The notes beneath the pieces were generated by a model, which saw only the letters and a program-made list of their open reading frames with translations, was not told the DNA's origin and ran no database searches. The position numbers and the translations under genes are program-made. Positions 14,981 to 26,671 of a DNA stretch of 64,000 nucleotides are shown one piece after another. The stretch's first letter is position 1. Each line of letters starts with the position of its first letter. This DNA comes from Phoronis australis (taxonomy: Eukaryota; Animalia; Phoronida): contig NMRA01000093.1 of NCBI GenBank assembly GCA_002633005.1, positions 415,322 through 479,321 of the forward strand, given 5' to 3'.

Positions 14981-15539
14981 TCTGTGTTTTTGCTACTTTC
15001 ACCCCGTTATCCTCAGAAATTTCAGGCAATATTTCCAATTTCTATTTATTATTATTACTGAGACCATGGATGAGTTAATCCATTACACAAACTATTTCAC
15101 TGTCCAGCAGCTTCTATAATTTTTACAATACCACAAAAATGAGATTTCATGTTAAAATTTGACACTGATATTGAGCGAAAACTGATGTGCGCGACTTTTA
15201 AATTATTTATCAGAGAAGGAATTGTTTAAACTACATCTTAATAATATAACATAAGAAAGTAAACTGCAACGCATAGTATGATCCAAATCCGTGACATAGA
15301 GTGTATCACCCATTTATGGCTTTTTGTCTGGTCTGAAGTGAACTGCACTCTTAAGATAGGAAACTGGTTGGTTTTCTCATCGGAATGTGTGAATTAATAA
15401 GCTTATGAAAAACTAACGTTCATTGCACTGTAGTCATGATATGAATAAAAGAATGAAAAGAAAAAACAAGAAAGTGCGGTTTTAATATGGGTTTGCCGTC
15501 TGTATTCGTCTTTTTATTCATTTTATTCATAAAAGGTAC

Positions 15540-17134
15540 CAGGGCTTGGAATGACCCATGACAAAAAAGAGGACATTTTTACGGCCCTAAATACACATAT
15601 CAATCTAAACCATACCTCAACAGATTGAAAGTTACTATGTCGTGTCGGCAAAACGCACTCATCTTAAGCAGTTCTGACATCTATTTCAGCAACAACAATG
15701 AAGGCAATTAGATGCAACAAAAACCATTTTTTAAAATCAAAATTAAAATAGCGATAATGATGAAAAATTTGCAGTCTGAGTGGCAGGAGCTTATTCTGGA
15801 TTTGCTGCACTGAAGGAGACCTATAAAATTATTTTCAATTCTTATGATTACGATACAAAATTACAAAAAAAAAATGAAAATTGATCCATAGATTATCTAG
15901 AAAGCCTGAAATACGTACACATTTAATTCCAACAAAAATTTTAATTCCAATGCAAATGGAAAAAAGTCAAGACGAAAACCTGTGGCTCATACCGAAACTG
16001 TTAGCATGGAAAAATGAAAGTCAAAAACAACATACTTTATAGAATGCATCAATCACAATCCTAAGTTGGCCAAACTTTTCAGTTTCAAACAGTAATTACA
16101 GGAGTTAATTGTTCATAAGTCACGCTGGTGTAGAAGAAACTATGAGACATAAGAAATAAAGTTCTATCAGGACACTGAAATAGTCAGGCAGAATTTGTAA
16201 ACAATGGCTTAGACCAATCAGATCATTCAGAATCTGTCACGTGATCACTTCTCTAAAATTGCAAAACTCGAGTCACAAAATAGAACACGAAAAATGTCAA
16301 AATAAATTGAAATACATAAAAGGCAATTTAAAACGCATTTGCAGTAACGAAAATAGCACTTTGTATCCCGTTTCGGCGGCACGTAGAAAATTGCACTCAA
16401 AGCGGTCAGGCCTTAGTTCAGTAGGGCTTAGCAGCCAACGGCAACGGGCGTGCATGTGGGATCAAACAAAAGAATTTCATACATCACTCACACCCCACGA
16501 TTCCAATCCAACGAATAATCGGTTACCGTTGAATTTCCTTTCAGGGAGCGTTGTTATTTCTGGTGTTTCATCGTTTTCAGTCGATCCTCCGAGGCGACTC
16601 GCCCACGCACTCCGTAATTGTTCCTCTCTCAAAGTTTACAGACCACAAACCTTGACGCATGTTGTTTTGAAGACATTGACCTTTTTTATCCACTTTTTTA
16701 CGAAATACTCTGTCTACTCCACGCTCCACGCCTTTTTGACAGCAGAATCGCACTATTTGTCGCCGCGATTTTATACCAAATGCAGACGCCATTGATGAAC
16801 TACGCTATCCCAGACACAGGCGCTTGAATTTACTGTATCTGTTCCTCGATTGCCTCTGACGTCACTCACTACTAGGAAAGCATGTTTCTTGTATATGGTT
16901 ACGAGTCATCGGGAAATTCGAGCGCCTGTGATCCGCAATTACAATTTTCGTTCCTCCGAAACATAAAGAGCAGTTTCCGTTTTCGAGCCGTCGGCAACGC
17001 CGCGGTGAGACATCAATTTGCCGCGATGATTTTATGGCAAATCCGATTTTTTCCGCGGAAGTATAACGAAAATACGCGGAGGGGCTAAACGAAAAAAGCG
17101 GAAATCCGCGTTTCCGCGGAAAATTCCAAGCCTT
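15540..17134. mobile_element. Non-autonomous hAT-like TIR element nested in the composite unit
   Basis: TIR CAGGGCTTGGAAT / ATTCCAAGCCTTG; flanks AGGTAC / AGGTGC; subterminal TTCCGCGGAA repeats near 17050-17120. Confidence 0.65.
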
Positions 17135-17377
17135 GAGGTGCTTAGCCGGCACGCATCTGTTTGCAAATTTTATAATGGACACGCGATTTACTCCGTGGAT
17201 GGGCGAACACAGGTTATCGCTCACCGGTGTTTAGTAGCTTTCGGTGCGACGATAGACTGAAGACTGGTTCGAGTTAATCACTTTATTAATTTCGGCCGCA
17301 CGTACTCAAGTCTACTGAAACAAAACGTACTACGTATTGTCTGTTCTATGTTGCAGCTAGTGCTGCAAAACCTTGAC

Positions 17378-17531
17378 CAGGGGCGGATCCAAGATTGTGA
17401 GTTGGGGGGCGGGGCAGAGTATTAGCCAGGAATTTTCCCGTCAGACACTTACACCCCAAGTTACTAAATTTGATACGGGAGAATTTTAGGGGAGGCCATG
17501 GCCCCCTTGGCCCCCTCTTAATCCGCCACTG
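17378..17531 (+). mobile_element. MITE family A, right copy
   Basis: CAGGGGCGGATCC...AATCCGCCACTG, same orientation as the 13267 copy. Confidence 0.85.
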
Positions 17532-18110
17532 GGTGTGGCTATGTTTTCAACATCTCCATAAGCTAATGGTTCACACTTCTCGGAGTCCGTCACTTCAGAA
17601 CATTGATTCGACAGTTTTACACTATCAGGATAGTGCTTACCCATCATGACTTCGAGTGTTTCCTCAGCGGAGCGTGTGTATGAGCCATCCTCTTTTTTAA
17701 TGACCTCGAGTCTGGAGGAGTGGTTCTTCTTAAGCAATTGTGCCAGCCTTGCAGATACAGAGAGGCTGTTAGTTTGCTGACAGAAGTTCATCCAGGAATT
17801 ACTCCTTGCTTTGCGTGTGGCGGACTCAAATATACGATAGGCAAGATGATATGCACCCCAGCCCTCGTCAGTGTCAGTCCGAATTGCCGCTCTGTGACAT
17901 TTACGTGCCTTACCCCGAAGTGCTGCCAGTTCTTTGGTCCACCAAATCTGTTGTTTTGGTTTCCCAGTGACCTTAATACAGCGTTTGGGGCAGGAAATAT
18001 CTAGTGACTTGGTCAGGGCATTGTTCATGTCATCTGCCAATTTGTTAACATCAGAACGAGTTCTGAGATTTGTTGATTCTAGAGTAGAAAGTGTTATTTG
18101 GTTGATATAC
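17532..18110 (-). mobile_element. Upstream part of the same RNase H LINE ORF2
   Basis: SCPKR..QIWWTKELAALRGKARK..KARSNSWMNFC..DGSYT; rejoins 13261 in frame (ENIA-TP-HLVELAV) once the insert and one TSD copy are removed. Confidence 0.88.
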
Positions 18111-19499
18111 ACTTATAGTCAAATGAAAGTGTTCGCTACGAGTGGGGAAGGTATGTTGTCGTCTGGTGCTTGAAGATGCACTTTCTTAAGTTAAAATGTT
18201 TCCTGGTAATGAAAGAATCTGGAACTCAATACCTGCACAAGAATTTCCATAATATTACTCGAATGAGTTTTAGAAACTATATGTATTAGTTGTTTTTTAG
18301 TTTTTTTTAGTTTAGACTGCGGATGCCTGTTCATAAGTAGTGACATTTTCCCACGTCAATTACTATGGGTTTGGATTCTTAAGCTTGTTATAAAACTTCT
18401 TACGGCGACTAATCGTACGAAACGTCCAGGCCTACGAATTTCGGATATTCGTGGGGGAGCAGGGGCTTTGTGGCATTTATCTTATGAAAACCTATACGGA
18501 CGTTTTTAGATTCACAAGAAAACGAAGTAGGCCTACTGTGCGATCGTGTGATGAGTCGGCAGTTGCTCTTGCGATCTCCGTAAGGATGCGTAGGTACCTT
18601 CATACGCCATGCTTAGGGCGATCTTTTGTGCTAGCACGGCACATACATTTGCATCCCACAACCCTCTCATACCATTGGTAGGGAATATCTAACGACTGTT
18701 GGCACATTCAAGTGGGAGTATTTAACTGGCTGCAGTTTGTTCTAGACAATTCTAAGCATCTCTGAGTTTTAGTAAGTCTTTCTTGAAAATCTTGAACAAG
18801 ACTCTCAACCTGGCTGCGAACTTATAAGAACGGTCTACAGACGGTGGATTCTCGTTCAGCCGCCTTAAAAAGAAACGTACGGAATGGTACACAATCTGTG
18901 GAGAGGACACTTATGACTTAGGCTTAACCAATTCACACACAAGTACATGTATTGGAGGCAAACCCTAAGAGTTTTACAAGAACTCAAAATTACAATTATG
19001 TTCTTTAAAAAATGTACATTCGCTGCATCCGTAAGAGATATCGGTTGTGTTACGTTTGAAAACTCTTAGCAATCGCTTATTGATATTTTACAGTAAAGAA
19101 ACAGTCCACTTATGTAACTGATTTTGTGTTCCTTTGTCATTTGTTCAGGTTAGTTGATGTTTCGAATGGAATTGATTTGTAAATATAGCGGACCATCCAG
19201 TGACGTAGACACCAAATATACTGACGTCATAGTGTAACTTCCCAGCGTAACCGATGAGTGTGATAACACTTCTGCAGAGGAAGTAACGTTGTGTCAAGAC
19301 TTCCATGTTTGTACACACTCCTACTTTTGTACAAGGAAAAGTGGAAATTGGAATAACATCGCAACTATTGTATTTTTTGCTTTCACACAGAGTTAAGGAC
19401 CAAAACACAAATATTCTACATTTCCTCACAAAATCAGAAAACATTTATTTCTCAAATCTATGGCTTGATGCATAGTTCTAAAACTATAGGTATTAGAAA

Positions 19500-20210
19500 G
19501 AAAAATTCAATGATTGACTGCATAAAGCAAGCTTTGATAAGGTTATAGATATGGTTAGCCATTCTGGCACGAGTGCCCAACTGGCAGAAATGGATATTAA
19601 GTCAGCCTTCCGACTTTTACCAATTTACCCAGGCGACTTCGACCTTTTAGGGTACCAACACCAGTGGTACTACTTCATCGACAAATGCCTCCCATTCGGC
19701 GCCTCTTTAGCATATTACCTCTTCGAAACATTCTCAACAGCACTAAACTGGGCCGTAGAGGATCGATCGGGACACAAAACATTGAACCACTACCTTGACG
19801 ACTTTACATTTGTTGGGCCGCCTGGCACAAACATTTGCAAGACACTAATGGCCCCGGCACTTCACAACTCTCTACAGCAAAGTCGGTGTACCAATTGCCA
19901 CAGACAAAACAGCTGGTCCTTCCCCCGAACTGACATTCTTGGGTCTGGACGTGATACTGTTCGACAACAACTAAGAATATCGGACAAGAAAGTCATACTC
20001 CGCTTCACATTATCAGCCTTAGTCCACAAAAAACGAATAAAACGGAGTGAGCTGGAATCCTTAACTGGCATGCTGATTTTTTTCTCTAATGCCATTCCAG
20101 TCGCGCGAGCTTTCATTCGATGCTTTGTACAGGGCTCGTAAAGCCCACCACCACATACATGTATCAGTGTCTAAAGGCACGAAGTATGACACGCTGCTAT
20201 GGTTGTTTAA
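19500..20210 (+). mobile_element. DIRS/PAT-like (tyrosine-recombinase retrotransposon) RT fragment
   Basis: MDIKSAFRLLPIYPGDFDLLG..YFIDKCLPFGAS..FETFSTAL..HYLDDFTFVG; ELESLTGMLIF; frameshifted. Confidence 0.85.
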
Positions 20211-21614
20211 ATGAAATGCACGCCTGCTAACTAGGCTGCACCAACAAAGTGTATCGATGAGGTCAGTAGCCTCTCAGTCTTGTGTAATTTTTGAAGTGTA
20301 TCCACACAACATCACAATATTAGTATTAGAAAAAAAACGTAGTTTCTCACCTATAAGCAAGGCTCAAAAGTCCAATGAAGTCATTTCACAGATTCACAAA
20401 TACGACTCTCAAAACACGTTTGCGTAATCAATAAGATAATACTCACAAAAACTTCTCATTTACCGCAAAACACAACATGGGTTCCGTGAGCTGCGTAAGG
20501 CGTGTTTTGTGAGTCCGTGCTCATTGTTAGGCGATCAGAGAGCCATGTTTGTGAATCAGTGAGATGGGGTTTACCAGGACCGTCTTGAGGCGTGGTTTAT
20601 AATAGAGGAGCTGTACATGTACACAACAAATCCATGGTACATAATGGTTGAGTCCATGTACATGACAGATGGTTGAGTCAATGTTTAATTTAACAAACAC
20701 TAATTAACTGTAACATATTGTGCGAACCATTACGTAATCATTTGATAAAGATCAACGGAAATCACATTTTCCAATGATTAATTTCCTTCCTGCTCGTACG
20801 GTCAATGATTTACTTAAATTAAAACTCTGTTAGGCTTAAAAGCATAATTGGGTCTAGTCTGTACCCTCGACTCACTTTGATGCCGGGGCTCGCCAGCTCA
20901 AACGATCTCCCGCATCAATTTCAACCAATGTCTTGGCTTTTTTTAAGCTGCACAAAGGCACGTGACCAAGGTATGACACGCCATAATATGCAAAACCATG
21001 AGTAGATGCGGATGTTCTTTTTCGAAAATGTGAGCAACTAAAGAAATACCGCACCGATCTCGATTGACAAAAACCGGAGACCAGAACCGAATATCCGTTT
21101 GACCCATGTAAATTGACAAAGTGTATTCAGTGAGGGCAGTTGATCGAATACGACCATATAACCAGGCTAAAACATTTTAAACTTTTGTGTTAGTCATTTT
21201 TTTAAATATTTGTAAAACTATTTCTGACATTTTGGAAAGTGTTCTATTTGTTTAGCATAAAGCTGTTAACTGAAATATTACACAGCTCTACAAATAAATG
21301 TTTCACCGAAGGAATCAGATGGGTTCCTTAATTACAGATAGCACACACATTTACATGTACGATACCCAATGTGTAACTGAGTATCGGATACTAAGTGGCA
21401 CAGGTGTTAGCATAGTACCAAATGGGTATTGGCGATTGCCTACCAAGTGGGTCGAGCAAAACGGCAAATTCAATAACAAGTACCAAATGGGTACAAACTG
21501 CTGAATGGGCAAATATCACATAAAGTACCAAGTGGGTACACCAAACAGCCAACTGGGCTATAACAACCTGCAAAGCAGGTTCCGGACAAGCTGAGTGAGC
21601 AGACCAGCCGGAGT

Positions 21615-22307
21615 GAGATTACCTATTATACTTATTTACCTGTATTCATTTTATTGTAATTGTACTAGTCATAATAAATGACCTTATATCGCCTACATCA
21701 GTCTCCTTTCATCTCTGGTAACGAGCTTGCGACGCACGTATCATTTATCTATTATCCGGGACATATGTCGATCATAAATGGTATTTCACTCGTAAATATA
21801 TTTATGTGAGCATATGGACTCGCCTTACTCCTTTTCCCCCTCATCTTGGTCTTTTCCATTATTCCCTTGTGCAGGACTACACGACGTTTTTCCAGCCTTC
21901 GCATTGGTCTGTTGTTATCACGTGCCTCGAGTTTGGTCAGCTCTTGGCTCTTATAGGCTGACGATTGTCACGTGTCTTTAGGGGCGTTTTTCTTTGTTAT
22001 TGTAACCTCTCTTTCAGTTCACCTTGTTCCGGCCACATTGTCGTACGTCAAAACTCATTCAATTTTCCCACCCTCTTCCTCCCAGTTTTCGTCATTCTCT
22101 CGTACTTCCACGGGGCCGGCGCTTTTTATTGCCCATCTTACCAGAGATTACCTATTATACTTATTTACCTGTATTCATTTTATTGTAATTGTACTAGTCA
22201 TAATAAATGACTTTATATCGCCTACATCAGTCTCCTTTCATCTCTGGTAACGAGCTTGCGACGCACGTATCATTTATCTATTATCCGGGACATATGTCGA
22301 TCATAAA
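21615..22307 (+). repeat. 164-bp direct repeat pair (21615-21778, 22144-22307); second copy ends an LTR-like segment 21966-22292
   Basis: One visible mismatch between copies; TGTCACG...CGGGACA inverted ends; internal AATAAA. Confidence 0.75.
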
Positions 22308-24224
22308 GAGATAATTATTGTAGTTAGGAGCGTTGTGTTGGGGCTCAGTAAGTGCCACATGGGCAGGGTTGTTCATGGATGAACAATACTGTCCACCGCA
22401 ACAACCCGGGTATTTACAAACTATTCTGATTTTGTTTGACGGAATAAATCTATTAACCATGTGGAATAACCGTGGCAGATCGAAGATGTCGTTAGGGGAG
22501 ACTGATCACAATTTCCGGAGGACAAACTATCACTTGACAACGCTTATTTTGTAGCCGCAGTTCAACTACTATGATCTTCAGGAAGAGACAGCACCTTTTA
22601 ATGACGGCCTAAACATGGAAATAAAACAAACATGCTTAAAAATTGCATGCCTTGATAGGGCGCTTGGTGAAGTCATTTTCCATAGTGGTACGAACGGAAA
22701 ATTTCGGTGCATAATTTGTTTTGCTGGATAACTATTGAATTAATGTTTGTTTTAGGTGGTGAACAAGAACAATCAAATTGGACACTTATTTGAATGGACC
22801 TCTTCGCCCAAATTTTTCATTGGCTTGCACAGGGCCAACTAAATCGACAATTATTGGGGGTTTGTCACTCCCCTGATACCACCAACACCCNAAAAAAGTT
22901 AGTTGCGCCCTCATTTTGCTGATGAGTATAGGCGAGGTTCAACCTTGAATGAATCGGAGACTGCATCACTGCATAACTTATATCGGTAAATTGGTTGTGA
23001 GTTGACGTTTTAACAAGTACGTTCCCATGCAAGCCCACCCGTGCAAAAGTTAATTGCACACTCCTTTGTTTAGAATACTGTCACACACAGAGGTGTGAAT
23101 ACACAGTGAATGAATCGAGTCACCACGTGGCGAGACCAGCTCAACAGCTGCCCCGCAACAGCTTGTGGAACTGGACGTTGTTTTTTCATGGATATTTAAA
23201 TCGAGACTGGAATATTTACCAGCCAAGAAAACAACAGAAATAACACCTAGCAAAGTGGTCTATTGACATCGTTTTTGATGCGCAATATTACAAGATAATG
23301 TCAGGGGCGGTGCACCACTTGTTTCAGTGCTGGGCATGGGCGGCCCGCACCATAGGGGTGTAGCCCCCCCCCCNGCCGCCCGTGATGTCAAATTTTTCAT
23401 CTTACCGCGTTTGGGTACATGTGGAGACCTCTCGTGGCGCACATATCAGTAACAAAATGCACGCTTGTGGATGGCTTACGAAGGAATGGCAATGAATATG
23501 ACGACCACGGACTGACTGTTTGCCAACAGTGCTGCATGGATTAAGGTTTCCCATCCCCCTTACTTCTATTTAAGACGTTTGACAGTCCGGGTAATTTTAG
23601 CTGCCCCCTTCCCCACAATTTTCGAGCTCTCTAGCGCTGGTTGCCAGATTCTTTGACCTACATGTACTACTGCTGTCAAAAATGTCACCTGTTTGTTAGC
23701 CACGATTTTCACCCTCTGCCCGGTCGCCACTAGGATTACGCAAGCATAACAAGGAGATCGAGGCTCTTGCGTCGACGAGACGGGGCTCCTCTGATGTGTA
23801 GAGATCGCTCAGGTGTGCTGGCTATAGCTGGATAATCCGGAGCTGCTGTTTCATTTCTGTTTCAGTTGCCCGGTGTTGTGTCATTGTGGAATAATATATC
23901 AAGAACAATTCATCCAACACGCAGTTACAGATTCGCTGTTCTCAATAAACGTTTCTCGTAATATGGACGACTGAAAAAGGAATGAAACAATTATGTATAA
24001 TGTATGTAACTATTTCGAAAAATAAAAACAGAATTGCCTTCTTTTTGTGAGACGTCTATATGGCGTATGCTTCAAGGGCTTGAATTGTGGTCACGCTGGC
24101 CACCCACGGGGATCTCACGTGACTGGCCAGAGCATATTAGTGTTAAACACTAGCAAACTTTGCTAATTATTCGCGTTGGTTTGAAGCAGCAGATCTGTCT
24201 ACTAATCAGATGTCCTACATGAGT

Positions 24225-24428
24225 GCACAAGCATTCTTACAAAGTTGCCCATCTGAACGCACGAGCATTCTTACAAAGTTACCCATCTGAACGCACAAGC
24301 ATTCTTACAAAGTTGCCCATCTGAACGCACAAGCATTCTTACAAAATTGCCCATCTGAACGCACAAGCATTCTTACAAAGTTGCCCATCTGAACACACAA
24401 GCATTCTCACAAAGTTGCCCATCTAAAC
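24225..24428. repeat. 34-bp minisatellite, 6 copies
   Basis: gcacaagcattcttacaaagttgcccatctgaac. Confidence 0.95.
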
Positions 24429-25361
24429 ACCATGTACGAGATTTGAAGATCACGTGTGATTCATAAATGGTTTAGAATAAGTAATTATTCATTGCCAAGA
24501 TATGGCAACTAAAGCGACTCAAATCCGTGAGATGTGAAGGTGTGGTAAAGATTAAATGACTGGCCACTACAAAGTCGAGTCACTCTACTGTTTGCCTGCC
24601 AGTGGTCGTAAATACCTTCTTATGTTGTTATCCACTAATTGGACTTTGTAATTACACTTCATTATTGCGTAGACAAAACTGTGAATTGTTGTTTGCTTAC
24701 AGCCCTCGATGAATAACTCAGAGGTTTGGGATGTTTTAGAGAACAAAGGCATTATCGGAATCTTCGGTCGAGAAAGCAATCACTAATAAAGATAGATGAT
24801 GGTGTGGCGTGACTGGTTTGCTCTACGATGTCGAGAACGATTGGGAACTGGTGGAAACGCCAGGATGGCGACGACGACGATGATGATGATGACGTCTCCT
24901 GCGTTACACAGTGTTGAAAATCGTCCATTTCGAAATGCGCAATCATGAATTACAAGTTTTAAAGAATTAACATATTATTGAAATAACAGTAACTAATAAA
25001 TGGGAAAACTCCAGAATTAGAGTGCAGTATATTTAGTATACAGCTTTGCCGCGCCAAGGCTAGTTGTAACCGAGAACCATAACGCCCGTTTGTTGACTTG
25101 ACTAAAACGTCACATTGGAAAAAATGAGTTTCATTTTGTTCTAAAATTTACGCAATGAATAAAATTATAATTATTTAGCTCAAAAGTGTGCAACGTCGTT
25201 GGTTTTTGGTTAGATCTATAAGTTTTAAATGTTGACCTTCTTTCAATCGTTTATAATTCACATACCGCAGGTGAAGTAAAGCTCAAAAGCGGCGCGTTTT
25301 ACAAAACGAAGTGTCCTGTAGCGCATTAAAGATTTTAGTGGATTAATCAGCATAAGACCTG

Positions 25362-25499
25362 CCTCCCGTTCAGTAACGCTATGATCTCGTTAAAAAGCAA
25401 GACTTCGCGAGATTACGTGAGATATTGCCGTGCATTTCAAATGAGAACGCGTCACTTTGTCTAGACTTTAGCTAGGTCCTAGCGTTACTGAACGCACGC
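25362..25499. mobile_element. ~120-140-bp MITE (second copy at about 53998-54117)
   Basis: Inverted GTTCAGTAACGCTA / TAGCGTTACTGAAC; similar internal sequence in both copies. Confidence 0.7.
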
Positions 25500-26162
25500 C
25501 TGCTTACGAATACAGCCCCATTGTATGATCTGTGTAGGCCTGCACTGTCAACATTGACCGGTCATAAAACTTAGCCTGGTTGTCGTAGCGGTCAAGTTTC
25601 AATTCCTGGCGGTCATGTTCAGTCTCCGGCGGTCCTGTTTGTGGGGGCGATCATGTTTTTATGTGTGTCGGTCCCATTTGCTGATGTGGCGGTCCCATAT
25701 TTGATACCCGTAGATCCCGTTTCGTGGTGAGTCGGTCCGATTTGGACTGACTGGAGGTCATGTTGTTAATCACCCGTGGTAGTGGCCGCGAAATTGCGTC
25801 ACTCATCACAGTACAATTATCGACTTAATTTTCAGCGCACAACTGAACAATGGCATTTGGTTTGCCGAGAACTACCGGAGACTAATGAGGCCGGAGGGCT
25901 TTCGCACGTGTATTTCATACCAGAGGGTTTCTTATATAGGCGGCGTATACGGTACATGCCCCTCGGCTGGGTGGGGTTTATCACGGCCAGATTCCCTACG
26001 AAAGTGTACCCTTTCCGAATTATTTCCTACTAAAGATTCTACTCTTAGCTTTAATTTTCTCACTGTTTCTCGAGGCATGTCGCTCAGGGTTTGAGGCGCA
26101 ATCTTAAATCTAATGGCAATTCCCATTTGTGTCTGTGTTCACAGTTAGTACCCACTTGTGTC

Positions 26163-26267
26163 TGTGTTCACACTGCGGTGTATTTATGTTCACACCACTG
26201 CGGTGTATTTATGTTCACACTGCGGTGTATTTATGTTCACACTGCGGTGTATTTATGTTCACACTGC
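26163..26267. repeat. 22-bp tandem repeat, about 4.5 copies, just 3' of the CTC1 stop
   Basis: ctgcggtgtatttatgttcaca. Confidence 0.9.
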
Positions 26268-26540
26268 ACATATAGAAGAAATTACAATGAGATGAGCTTA
26301 TATGGAAGAGATCAACAAAACGGTACTTGAAACAAATGTGTATTTCATTCTGTTGAAGGTTCTAAGTGCTGCCTACAATCAGCTGCCAACCACATGTCTC
26401 CCTCAACCCCTAAAACAGGCTACAGACCTTATTTGAAATGCGTGACTTATGTTCACACTCGGCACGCCTGACTTTATCACATTCTTGACTCACACTTCAT
26501 CACCCAACCCTAGCCAAAAAACTACAATTCACTCATTGAT

Positions 26541-26671
26541 CTACAGGAAGAGTGTCTGTGATAGTTGCAAACTATCCACCTCAGCAATGGCTCGACATTG
26601 TAAGATATGCAAGGGTCGGCAGACGACATCTGTCCATTCACCCATCACACGTTCTCTGAAGGTCCCAAAAT
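26541..26671 (-). CDS. CTC1: CTC1 coding exon 14 (terminal)
   Basis: ttgcag|AT FGTFRERVMGEWTDVVCRPLHILQCRAIAEVDSLQLSQTLFL-TAG. Confidence 0.78.

Larger units (their letters stand above)
13267..17531. mobile_element. Composite insertion bounded by two direct MITE copies, 5-bp TSD GGTGT
   Basis: GGTGT at 13262-13266 and 17532-17536; outer termini CAGGGGCGGAT / ATCCGCCACTG; splits a LINE ORF. Confidence 0.8.

Noticed and set aside
16241-16795. 184-aa ORF inside the composite cargo as a captured gene
   Set aside because: GTG start, no recognisable domain, and it lies inside a non-autonomous TIR element.
13267-17531. Interpretation as an LTR element (TRIM/LARD) because of direct repeats plus 5-bp TSD
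   Set aside because: The repeats end CAG...CTG with 11-bp TIRs rather than TG...CA, are fairly diverged from each other, and I saw no PBS or PPT; a DNA-transposon composite fits better.
24225-24428. 34-bp repeats of CRISPR-like length (also the 38-bp and 27-bp arrays)
   Set aside because: Head-to-tail units with no unique spacers, no cas genes, eukaryotic context.
23050-24950. Possible minus-strand first exons (gtaagc donor near 24700, gtaaat donor near 23219)
   Set aside because: No downstream exons or homology could be linked; isolated donor-like motifs are common by chance.
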